A stretch of 64,000 nt of DNA, from the NCBI GenBank assembly GCA_964489545.1, contig CAZAZE010000001.1, forward strand, positions 417,592 through 481,591. Direction: 5' to 3'. The notes beneath the pieces are model-generated. The model made no database searches. It saw only the letters and a program-made list of their open reading frames with translations, and had not been told where the DNA came from. The stretch's first letter is position 1, and each line of letters begins with the position of its first letter. This DNA is from an uncultured Bacteroidales bacterium. GTDB taxonomy: Bacteria; Bacteroidota; Bacteroidia; Bacteroidales; JAGOPY01. Positions 27,301 to 34,691 of this stretch are shown one piece after another. The translations under genes were made by a program, and so were the position numbers.

Positions 27301-27694
27301 CTTCGACGCCGCGGCTGCGGAACGTTTCGGTATGGAGAACCGGTATCCTTTGATCGCGGTGCCTGCGCGGGAGCATAGTTCAAGCGGTGCAGGGCAAAGG
27401 GCAAAGGGCAAAGGGCAAAGTGGGCTTCGGGACGGTTTGTCGCAGCAGTCCATATTGCCGATACATCCTAAGGATCATGGGGTCATCCTGGTATCGCTCC
27501 GGCCGGCCGTTTCGGGGACCGGGCATGTGGCCTGCCTGCACAATGCATCGGAGGAGGAGATCAGCTTCGTCGTAAATACGAATGGATACGAATATTACGA
27601 AACAGATGTCGATGGCAGTATCCTGAAGCAGCAACTGAAATCGTTGCTCTTCCCTCCAAAAGCCATACGTTTCGTGCTGGTTGTTAACAAATAA
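24335..27694 (+). CDS. Glycoside hydrolase family 38-like (alpha-mannosidase-like) secreted protein
   Basis: The GH38 N-terminal metal-site motif is HHSHNDIGYTH. The protein is large and multidomain. A signal peptide follows ATG 24335 (MSTRIIRSANILLILLIHSGLSANS); the track start at 24302 is a TTG. Confidence 0.6.
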   Translation: MSTRIIRSANILLILLIHSGLSANSQEYASGFASKISGEDLEYHSPQPDAKLALLVRSEDSSRYIEWEGGTPCKGYNPCRVLLLAGIDVNPEDPRSWKVFIDGRHHFTIRSPLDTLEKTLRWDSPLGARMEFRATEVDKYGDFMGYLTVELPAHLLEPGKPVRFKVVGESAGSRTWFMIFQYETENRIRLITENAVEYGPDGNQQLLRASVVQYGDPLEAMIWVGDQKFQRTIGFGYNQLHIPVREITRDTLVRVKIAANGIALYDSAFSLKPVPYRTVYLLHHSHNDIGYTHVQDEVERLQWQYLEEAAQLAEQTQEFPEGARFRWNTEVMWALESYLNRTGTDEKREAVIRALKNGWIEPEALYANELVSLCESEELLQLMEPARRMARDYGIRISSAMITDIPGWSWGLVTALAHSGVRYLSLGTNTGHRIGKTIEVWGDRPFWWVSPSGEEKVLCWIHEKGYSLFHTGLDYKKIKKRLQEDLAFDYLNELASRDYPYNMVMLRYTIGSDNGPVDDYLPEAVKEWNEKYATPKIVISTVGEAFSIFEEKYGTTIPEVRGDFTAYWEDGAYSTARETILNRASAVRLNQAQILHSLNGSGHYPAEAFREAWRNVLLYDEHTWGSWNSISEPESEFTREQWAIKERFARKAHQQSHQLLLSAMPEISPADIPLKALDVFNTCSWARSGLVSLPAEVLPDQPVITSEQGEILPIQRLSDGQWVFLARDIPALGSASYTITPGRAAFRFPDEGAPVPVLENDLFSIRVSEENGALTELTWKAQGIDLAGRDEWSGLNDYVYVAGRNPENAMGVEAARIMRGESGPVLNSLRIISRPPGCRQMETEINLVNGMEEIIISNTLDKEPVYDPEAVHFAFPFRVPGGKTRYDLAFAHCLLEDDQIKGSNRNFITLENWADVSNDAFGVTLACPDAPLFQSGKITMDEIVTGWRERLEPSSTVISYVMNNYWETNFAAAQEGMASFSYMIRPHQGFDAAAAERFGMENRYPLIAVPAREHSSSGAGQRAKGKGQSGLRDGLSQQSILPIHPKDHGVILVSLRPAVSGTGHVACLHNASEEEISFVVNTNGYEYYETDVDGSILKQQLKSLLFPPKAIRFVLVVNK
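27391..27420. repeat. Heptanucleotide tandem repeat (AGGGCAA x4) inside the GH38-like CDS
   Basis: The DNA reads AGGGCAAAGGGCAAAGGGCAAAGGGCAAAG. It encodes the low-complexity insert GQRAKGKGQS. Confidence 0.9.
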
Positions 27695-27748
27695 ATAACG
27701 CGGATTTCTTTCTCTTTCGGATTTTTTTGCGGACTTTTGCACCTTAAT

Positions 27749-27839
27749 TTTCTCGCAGATTGGCGCAGATCACGGGCTTTAAATCCAATAACCCCATCCG
27801 CGAAAATCTGCGTTTTAATCTGCGGTAATCTGCGAGAAA
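27749..27839. promoter_or_regulatory. CGCAGAT-motif inverted-repeat array directly upstream of the second LTD gene
   Basis: A perfect 13-bp inverted repeat pairs TTTCTCGCAGATT (27749-27761) with AATCTGCGAGAAA (27827-27839). One additional CGCAGAT copy lies on the left and two additional ATCTGCG copies on the right. The array ends 4 nt before the ATG at 27844. Confidence 0.5.
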
Positions 27840-27843
27840 CAAA

Positions 27844-30800
27844 ATGAAATCAAATCAACCGATCATGAAAAAAAGCTACAAAAGTGCAAGCCTGGTTCTG
27901 TTCATGTTGTTTTTCCTCTCCTTCGGAGGATATACCCAGAACGCATGGGTCAATGAGTTCCATTACGATAACGCCGGTGGCGACGTGGGCGAGTTCGTCG
28001 AGGTCGTCGTTGAAAATCCGGGAAATTATACCCTGAGCCAGTTTTCTGTCGTATTGTACAATGGCTCCTCGTCTTCCCTGGCTCCGTACGACACCAAAAC
28101 CCTTGACGCATTCACCGTTGGGAACACGGTCAACAATTTCACATTTTACTACTACAATTATCCGGCAGATGGCATTCAGAACGGCGCTCCGGATGGTATA
28201 GCGCTTGTTTACGGCACAACGGTGATTTCCGGCCAGTTTCTCGGCTATGAAGGCGTATTCACTGCAGCCAGCGGTCCGGCGCAAGGCATGACATCCGTGG
28301 ATATCGGCGTCATGGAAACAAGTTCCACGCCCATTGGGCATTCCCTGCAGTTGACCGGAACCGGCACGCTGTACAGCAGTTTTACTTGGGAGCAACCCGC
28401 CGCGCAGACCCCCGGAGCCCTGAACAACGGACAAAGCCTGGGTGGCGCTCCCCTGCCTGAACCCTCCAATTACCCGACAAATTTCACGGCAGAAGTCTAT
28501 AAAATCCAGATCACGCTGGACTGGACGGATGCCACCGGAGCCCAGTTGCCGTCCAAATATTTGGTCAAGGTGGCCGACGCCAACAACATCACACCACCGG
28601 TAGACGGCGTTCCCGTGGCCGACGACCTCGATTTCTCTGACGGGACCGGCGCGCTCAACGTGCCATACGGTGAGCAAACCTGCAGCTTCTACCCGATGGA
28701 AGGGCAAACAGAATATTTCTTCAAAATCTTTCCTTATACCAATGCCGGGGCGAACATCAATTACAAGACCGACGGAACGGCCCCTTCAACCTCTGAGACC
28801 ACCGTCATCAAGGTACATTTTGAAGATTTTGAGAACAATTCATTCGGCACCTGGACCACTTACAGCGTAGCCAGCGACAAGGACTGGGCCGTGGTCAATT
28901 TCGGCGGCGCCTATTCCACGACCTTTTTCGCACAGATGAACGGGTACCAGGAGAATGAGCCCAGCAACGACTGGCTGATCTCCCCGGCGCTCAACATGAA
29001 CGTGTACGGCAATGAACAACTGGAATTCTTTTCCACCTGGCGCTTTGGCGATGTGGATACTGAGCTTAAGCTGAAATACTCCACCAATTATGCGGGCGGA
29101 GATCCCACCCAGGCCACATGGACCGAAATCAGCTTCATCAAGCCTCCCGTTCAGGACACCTGGACTTCCTCCGGCGACATTTCCCTTGCCGGCGTCAGCG
29201 GCACCAGCGTGCACCTGGCGTTCCAGTACCTCAGCAGCGGCAACCCGCGACGCTGGGGCGTCGATGAGATCCTCATCTCGGAAGGGCCCATCGTTCCCTC
29301 GATCACCGTAACCAACCCGGTGGCCGGCGCTTTCTGGGAAAAAGGCGAAGCGTATGATATCACCTGGTTCGCTTCCAACACCCTTGCCAACGTCATGATC
29401 GAACTGACCACCGATGCCTCAGCGCCGACACCAACATGGAGTACACTGGTGGCTTCGGTCCCCGCCAGTTCCGGAGCCTGGACCTGGCTCATCCCAACAA
29501 CTCAGACCACCAGCGACGATTGCAAGATCAGGATTTCCGATTTCACGGCTGATGTGGTGGCCTACAGCGAAATCTTCTCCATCATCGAGCCGATCTACAT
29601 TCCGCAACTGGTCATCACCGAGATCATGTACAATCCGCCCGAAGGCGGCACCGACTCCCTGGAGTTCATCGAGCTCTATAATTTCGACAACGTGAACATC
29701 GACCTGGAAGGATACACGATCTCCAGCGCATTTGATTTCACGTTCCCGGCCTATACGCTTACTCCGGGCTCCTATTTTCTGCTGGCCGTCGACTCGGTGG
29801 CTTTCCAGACCGTATTCGGACTCACCGCCTGGCAGTTTGACAACGGCGCCCTGAACAACACCAGCGAACTCATCGTCCTGAGCAACAGCTTCGGCATGAT
29901 CGTCGACAGCGTCAGGTACAGCGATGTCGCTCCCTGGCCCACAGAACCGGACGGAGATGGTCCTTCGCTCACCTTCTGCGACCCGGGCCTGGATAACGGG
30001 CTGGGCGAAAACTGGGACTTTTCCATCGAATTCGCGGCCATCAATGCTGACGGCGACACGATCTGGGCCTCTCCGGCCGCCGGTTGTTCTTCCTGGCCTG
30101 TCGCTGATTTCGAAGCGGATATTACCATCGTTACCACCGGTGGCAGTGTGAATTTCACCGATCTGTCCACCGGTGACCCGGACACCTGGATCTGGACGTT
30201 TATCGGCGGAGAACCCGGCGCGTATGTCGGCCAGACCCCGCCGCCGGTCACCTATAATACGCCGGGAACATACAACGTGGCCCTGTTCATCTCGAACGCC
30301 GCCGGCACCTCCACACGGGAAAAGACCGATTACATCCAGGTCGGCGATGCGCCTGTGGCTGATTTCAGCGCCACACCCGTCAGCCTGTATGCCGGAGAAA
30401 GTGTGGATTTCACGGATCAGTCAGCCAATGCGCCCACAAGCTGGGCATGGACATTCGAAGGCGGCACCCCGTCGTCGTCAACTGACCAGAATCCTTCGGA
30501 TATCGTCTATGCTGCCGCCGGCGTCTATGACGTCACCCTCAGCGTAACGAATGCTTTCGGCACCTCCGAAACCACGAAGGAAGATTTCATCGACGTGATG
30601 CCGGTCGGTGTTGGCGAAAATGCCGCAGGCCTGATCCAGATCTACCCGAATCCCAACAATGGCGCATTCAATCTGAAAAACCCCTCCTCGCTGAATCTTG
30701 AGATCAAGGTGTATAACATGACCGGGACTGTCGTCCGCAACTTCAGTTCCGACAGTCAGATCATCGGCGTCGACATCGAGTCGCACGGCAAGGGCATCTA

Positions 30801-30864
30801 CTTTGTCCGGATCACCGACCTGGAATCGGGTCAATCGGCCCACCGCCAGGTTGTGGTAAGATAG
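27844..30864 (+). CDS. Secreted multidomain protein: LTD, FN3, choice-of-anchor-J-like domain, second LTD, 2x PKD, T9SS C-terminal domain
   Basis: The N-terminal 170 aa or so are clearly paralogous to 20937-24089 (AWVNEFHYDNAGGDVGEFVEVVVENPG). DWLISPALNM is a choice-of-anchor-J-type segment. The second LTD reads LVITEIMYNPPEGGTDSLEFIELYNFDNVNIDLEGYTIS. Two PKD-like repeats are present (VNFTDLSTGDP...TYNTPGTYNV and VDFTDQSANAP...AGVYDV). The tail is IYPNPNNGAFNL...GIYFVRI. An alternative start is ATG 27865. Confidence 0.8.
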   Translation: MKSNQPIMKKSYKSASLVLFMLFFLSFGGYTQNAWVNEFHYDNAGGDVGEFVEVVVENPGNYTLSQFSVVLYNGSSSSLAPYDTKTLDAFTVGNTVNNFTFYYYNYPADGIQNGAPDGIALVYGTTVISGQFLGYEGVFTAASGPAQGMTSVDIGVMETSSTPIGHSLQLTGTGTLYSSFTWEQPAAQTPGALNNGQSLGGAPLPEPSNYPTNFTAEVYKIQITLDWTDATGAQLPSKYLVKVADANNITPPVDGVPVADDLDFSDGTGALNVPYGEQTCSFYPMEGQTEYFFKIFPYTNAGANINYKTDGTAPSTSETTVIKVHFEDFENNSFGTWTTYSVASDKDWAVVNFGGAYSTTFFAQMNGYQENEPSNDWLISPALNMNVYGNEQLEFFSTWRFGDVDTELKLKYSTNYAGGDPTQATWTEISFIKPPVQDTWTSSGDISLAGVSGTSVHLAFQYLSSGNPRRWGVDEILISEGPIVPSITVTNPVAGAFWEKGEAYDITWFASNTLANVMIELTTDASAPTPTWSTLVASVPASSGAWTWLIPTTQTTSDDCKIRISDFTADVVAYSEIFSIIEPIYIPQLVITEIMYNPPEGGTDSLEFIELYNFDNVNIDLEGYTISSAFDFTFPAYTLTPGSYFLLAVDSVAFQTVFGLTAWQFDNGALNNTSELIVLSNSFGMIVDSVRYSDVAPWPTEPDGDGPSLTFCDPGLDNGLGENWDFSIEFAAINADGDTIWASPAAGCSSWPVADFEADITIVTTGGSVNFTDLSTGDPDTWIWTFIGGEPGAYVGQTPPPVTYNTPGTYNVALFISNAAGTSTREKTDYIQVGDAPVADFSATPVSLYAGESVDFTDQSANAPTSWAWTFEGGTPSSSTDQNPSDIVYAAAGVYDVTLSVTNAFGTSETTKEDFIDVMPVGVGENAAGLIQIYPNPNNGAFNLKNPSSLNLEIKVYNMTGTVVRNFSSDSQIIGVDIESHGKGIYFVRITDLESGQSAHRQVVVR

Positions 30865-30882
30865 ATGTGAAAAGCAACATAA

Positions 30883-30902
30883 CCGACGGGTTCACCCGTC
30901 GG
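30883..30902. repeat. Third copy of the CCGAYGGG-TTYA-CCCGTCGG hairpin element
   Basis: CCGACGGG-TTCA-CCCGTCGG forms a perfect 8-bp stem. It lies 19 nt after the stop of 27844-30864. Confidence 0.7.
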
Positions 30903-30908
30903 GACAAC

Positions 30909-30940
30909 AAAAAAGGGTGCCTTGACCGGGCACCCTTTTT
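30909..30940. terminator. Bidirectional rho-independent terminator between convergent genes
   Basis: The sequence is AAAAAA-GGGTGCC-TTGACCG-GGCACCC-TTTTT, with an A-run and a T-run flanking a perfect 7-bp stem. Confidence 0.7.
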
Positions 30941-30958
30941 CATGACTATCTGTAATCC

Positions 30959-32875
30959 TTAATTCAGGTTTTCACTGAGGAACTTCTCCATAGCCCGGTA
31001 AAAATCAAAGCGGTTCTCCTGGTTGTAGAATCCATGCCCTTCATTGTCTTTCACCATGTATTCAATCACGATCCCGCGGGCTTTCAGCGCTTCTACCATC
31101 TGGTCGGATTCCGCTTTGTTCACGCGCGGATCATTGGCGCCCTGGGCGATGAACAGAGGGGTGACGATCCGGTCGGCGTTAAGCGCCGGCGAGGTCGCTG
31201 CCATCTGCAGGCTGTCGGTAACCGGGTTCCCGACCATTTCGTACATCATCTGCAAATAAGGCTCCCAATAGGGCGGGATGGTCTTCATGAAGGTGAACAG
31301 GTTGGAAACGCCAACATAGTCAACCGCAGCAGCGTACAATTCAGGTTCTTTGACAATACCCTGCAGGGTAGCGTAGCCGCCGTAGCTTGCTCCGTAGATC
31401 GCGAGGCGGTCCTGATCGGCAATCCCCTGGTCGACCAGCCATTTGGTCCCGTCGGTGATGTCATCCTGCATCTCAAGGCCCCACTTTTTGAAAGATGCTT
31501 CCCAGAAGCTGCGGCCATAGCCTGTGGAACCCCGGAAATTCATCTGGAACACCGCATAGCCGCGGTTGGCCAGGAACTGTACTTCGGGGTTGAATCCCCA
31601 GTAGTCGCGCGCCCAGGGTCCACCGTGCGGGTTGATAACCACAGGAAGTTTCTTCGCTGTTTCCATGGTATAGCCTTTAGGCAGAGTCAGGTAGCCGTGA
31701 ATGGTCAGGCCATCGCGGGAAGCATAGGTCACCGGCTTCATATCGGCCATCTCCTGCTCATCAAGCCAGGGACTGACCTCGTGGATCAATGTCAGCTGAT
31801 CGGCGGTCTTGTCGTAAATATAGTATGCACCAAGGGATTTATCACTGTATGTCCGGATCATGTACCGGTCTTCCTCATCCGTGATGGCGCTGATGCCGAT
31901 CTCATACTGTCCCAGATCTTTCTTCAGCCGTTCAAATAATGATTTGGTTTCTTCATCGAAGAAATGACGGTTTCTCTTTTCGGCAAAATAGGTAGCAGAT
32001 GTGAGAACCTTCCGTTTACGGGAATAGGCGATGTTCTCAATGTCGTTGTCCGGATTCTCATACAACACCTCCAGTTCCTTGCCGTTCCGGATGTCGAATA
32101 CCACGGCGGCGGCCTTGTCGCGCCCCAGATTGGATACGGCGTATACATTCTGGTTGTCAAACGTGAAGAACACGGGGTTGAGGGTTTCCTTGAAATTCGT
32201 GGTCAGAACGGGCTTGAATTCGTCCTTTTCCGTTTCTCTGTAAAGTATCTGTGCATTGATACCATCAACGATCGCGGTGGCCGCGCGCAGTTTTCCATCA
32301 TGGTCAAAAACCCACTGCTGGATGTTGCCGGGGTTTTCCGCCAGCAGTTCCATATCACCGGTTTTCAGATTGAGGCGATAGGGATCAAAGACCTGGGGGT
32401 TACGCTTGTTCATCCCGATGATCACAAAGTCGGGGAAGGCCGGCAGGTCATCGATGATTTCCGTGCGCACCCCTTCGAATTCGGTGAAACAGACGGGATT
32501 TGAGCCATCGGCGTTGACCCCGTAAAGCCAGAAATTCTCGTTCCCTCCCTGGTCCTTTAAGTAAAGGATCTGTGAATCATTCGGCCAGAAATAGCCCATA
32601 ATGTCACGATCGGTCTCGCTGGTCAGGCGAGTGGCCGTATCCGCGCCGACCTTCTGTACAAAAATGTTCATCCGGTCCTGGTAAGGGGCCTTGAACGAGA
32701 AATAGGTCCCGCCGGGGGAAATCTGGTACGCCGTTTTTTCAGGATTTTTGAAAAAATCTTCCAGGGGTATTTGTTTTGCTTTCACGATCTGGGGTTGTTG
32801 CTGCTGGCAACCGGTTAAAATTAACAATGCAATGACAGGTAGCGCTGCCACTGACCATAAACGCGATTTCTTCAT
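30959..32875 (-). CDS. S9-family serine peptidase (prolyl oligopeptidase / dipeptidyl aminopeptidase-like), lipoprotein
   Basis: An N-terminal beta-propeller region is followed by the catalytic domain, with GGPWARD...FRGSTGYG and the nucleophile elbow GASYGGY. The lipobox LILTGC follows ATG 32875. Confidence 0.85.
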   Translation of the reverse strand: MKKSRLWSVAALPVIALLILTGCQQQQPQIVKAKQIPLEDFFKNPEKTAYQISPGGTYFSFKAPYQDRMNIFVQKVGADTATRLTSETDRDIMGYFWPNDSQILYLKDQGGNENFWLYGVNADGSNPVCFTEFEGVRTEIIDDLPAFPDFVIIGMNKRNPQVFDPYRLNLKTGDMELLAENPGNIQQWVFDHDGKLRAATAIVDGINAQILYRETEKDEFKPVLTTNFKETLNPVFFTFDNQNVYAVSNLGRDKAAAVVFDIRNGKELEVLYENPDNDIENIAYSRKRKVLTSATYFAEKRNRHFFDEETKSLFERLKKDLGQYEIGISAITDEEDRYMIRTYSDKSLGAYYIYDKTADQLTLIHEVSPWLDEQEMADMKPVTYASRDGLTIHGYLTLPKGYTMETAKKLPVVINPHGGPWARDYWGFNPEVQFLANRGYAVFQMNFRGSTGYGRSFWEASFKKWGLEMQDDITDGTKWLVDQGIADQDRLAIYGASYGGYATLQGIVKEPELYAAAVDYVGVSNLFTFMKTIPPYWEPYLQMMYEMVGNPVTDSLQMAATSPALNADRIVTPLFIAQGANDPRVNKAESDQMVEALKARGIVIEYMVKDNEGHGFYNQENRFDFYRAMEKFLSENLN

Positions 32876-32983
32876 GATTGTTCTGTTTTGAAGGTTAAGG
32901 CGCAAAAATATTCAATGCGCCGGAATTATCCCGGCCGACTTTACCAATGGCAGGATAGAGTTGATGGAATGGAAAATCGGTAC

Positions 32984-33020
32984 TGGTGACTGGTGACTGG
33001 TGACCGGTGACTGGTGACTG
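32984..33020. repeat. Heptanucleotide tandem repeat (TGGTGAC x5, one CGGTGAC variant)
   Basis: The DNA reads TGGTGAC TGGTGAC TGGTGAC CGGTGAC TGGTGAC TG. It lies between the stop of 33023-34651 and the start region of the peptidase gene. Confidence 0.9.
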
Positions 33021-33022
33021 AA

Positions 33023-34651
33023 TTATCGTCTTTTCAGCAGCTTCGCAGTCTTCATGCTTTCGCCGGTCCGATCGTTTATTTTCAGAATGTACAGGCCCGG
33101 GAGTAATGCGCTGATATCAATTGTTGAAGACCAGCCGGTCCATCCCTGCGCTACAGCTCTTCCTGAGCCGTCATAGATAACATACTGATAAGTTTCGGAA
33201 TGCCAGGGCAGGTCAAGGGTCACCTCATTCAGAGCCGGGTTGGGATAGAGCCGGAAGCTGTCTTTCGGTTTCACTTCACCGGCGGAGGTAAACAAATCGA
33301 TCTGCAAACCGCTCACATAGTTGCTGTAACCGGTGAAGTTACTCAGGATCAGCGGGCCGAAGGCAAGTTCATCGGTGAACCAGCCAGACAGGAGGAGTTC
33401 CCCCTGGCCGTCAATGGCCATGGAGTGCAGATTGGCCCTCGGTCCGCTGATCTGGTCTCCCCACATCATGTCGCCCGAGGGGCTGTACGTCACCAGGAAA
33501 ATCTCCCGGGAACCACAGCATAAAGTGTATGGAAGGGTGAGGTTGCTGAAATGCAGGCTGTCGAGATAATGTCCGGCCAGGTAAAGATTGCCGTACACAT
33601 CCACCGCCATACCGATCACCTGGTCGCTGGAGTAGCTATGCCCATGCCGTGCCCAGAGTACTTTCCCGGTCGGATCGTACTTTACGGCGAAGATATCCTG
33701 GTTGAATTCACCGGCTTCAAAAACCTTGCTCCCAAAGGTGATGGTCTCGCTGAAATTGCCGGAAACGTAAAAATTTTCCTCCGGATCGGCACAAACGTAT
33801 ACTTCAGGTGTAAGATAGGTTCCATTGAGCTGGAATACCAGGTCCGGTGATCCGTCGTTCTGGAAGCGGGAGATGAAAACCCCCACGGGATCTGAAGTCA
33901 CCAGGGTGGTGTCTCCGATGGTGATATCGCCGTAAAATGAACCGGTAAGCAGGATCCGGCCTTGTGCATCCAAGCTGATGTCCCGCACCTGGTCGCTGGA
34001 AGAGCCGCCGGCGGTGACCACCCAATCGAGCATACCTCCCGTGCCCAGTCGGGCCAGGTAGAGGTCTGAACTGCCCTGAGCCTGGATGGTGGTATCCCCG
34101 AACGTCATTTCGCCGTAGAAATAGCCGCCAAAATAAATATTGCCTTCATCATCCGCAATAACGGCCGAAATATAATCGGCCATGAGCCCGCCGGCATGGA
34201 ACACCCACTCAAAACCGCCCTGCGCGGTAAACCGCGCAATGAAAACGTCCTGGCTGCCCAAAGAAGTAAGGCCTTCATCTCCTATTTGGGTGGAGCCGTA
34301 AAAATAACCTGCGGCCAATAATCCGCCGTCGGTGATCGCTTTGATATCCTGCATATAATCATGATCCGCCCCGCCGATCTTCCAAACCTGTTCAAAAGAC
34401 CCGTCACCGGTCATCCGGGCAATGAACACATCGGTCCCGCCGGAAGACTCCAAACTACTGTCGCCAAACCACGCCGTATCCACGAATTCACCGGCCATAA
34501 AGAATTGCCCGGGCTCGCCGGCGGCCAGGGTGGTCCGGGTATCGGTGGTATTCGGCGGATTGCCGAATTCCATAACCCATTCAAATGAATGCTGCTGAGA
34601 AAAAGATAAACCTGAGAAAAGAATCAGAAGGACGGAGAAAAAGATCTTCAT
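33023..34651 (-). CDS. SBBP-type beta-propeller repeat protein with T9SS C-terminal sorting domain
   Basis: Repeated G..DVFIAR / SSDLYLAR / GVFISR blades with FYG..TFGD spacing are present. The tail is FRLYPNPALNEVTLDL...GLYILKIND. The signal peptide follows ATG 34651. Confidence 0.75.
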   Translation of the reverse strand: MKIFFSVLLILFSGLSFSQQHSFEWVMEFGNPPNTTDTRTTLAAGEPGQFFMAGEFVDTAWFGDSSLESSGGTDVFIARMTGDGSFEQVWKIGGADHDYMQDIKAITDGGLLAAGYFYGSTQIGDEGLTSLGSQDVFIARFTAQGGFEWVFHAGGLMADYISAVIADDEGNIYFGGYFYGEMTFGDTTIQAQGSSDLYLARLGTGGMLDWVVTAGGSSSDQVRDISLDAQGRILLTGSFYGDITIGDTTLVTSDPVGVFISRFQNDGSPDLVFQLNGTYLTPEVYVCADPEENFYVSGNFSETITFGSKVFEAGEFNQDIFAVKYDPTGKVLWARHGHSYSSDQVIGMAVDVYGNLYLAGHYLDSLHFSNLTLPYTLCCGSREIFLVTYSPSGDMMWGDQISGPRANLHSMAIDGQGELLLSGWFTDELAFGPLILSNFTGYSNYVSGLQIDLFTSAGEVKPKDSFRLYPNPALNEVTLDLPWHSETYQYVIYDGSGRAVAQGWTGWSSTIDISALLPGLYILKINDRTGESMKTAKLLKRR

Positions 34652-34691
34652 GCACATTATTTTCGACAAATATAACATATTAAATATATAC

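Noticed and set aside
31034-31939. 301-aa plus-strand ORF
   Set aside because: It is antisense to the S9 peptidase gene (GxSxGG nucleophile elbow in the sense frame).
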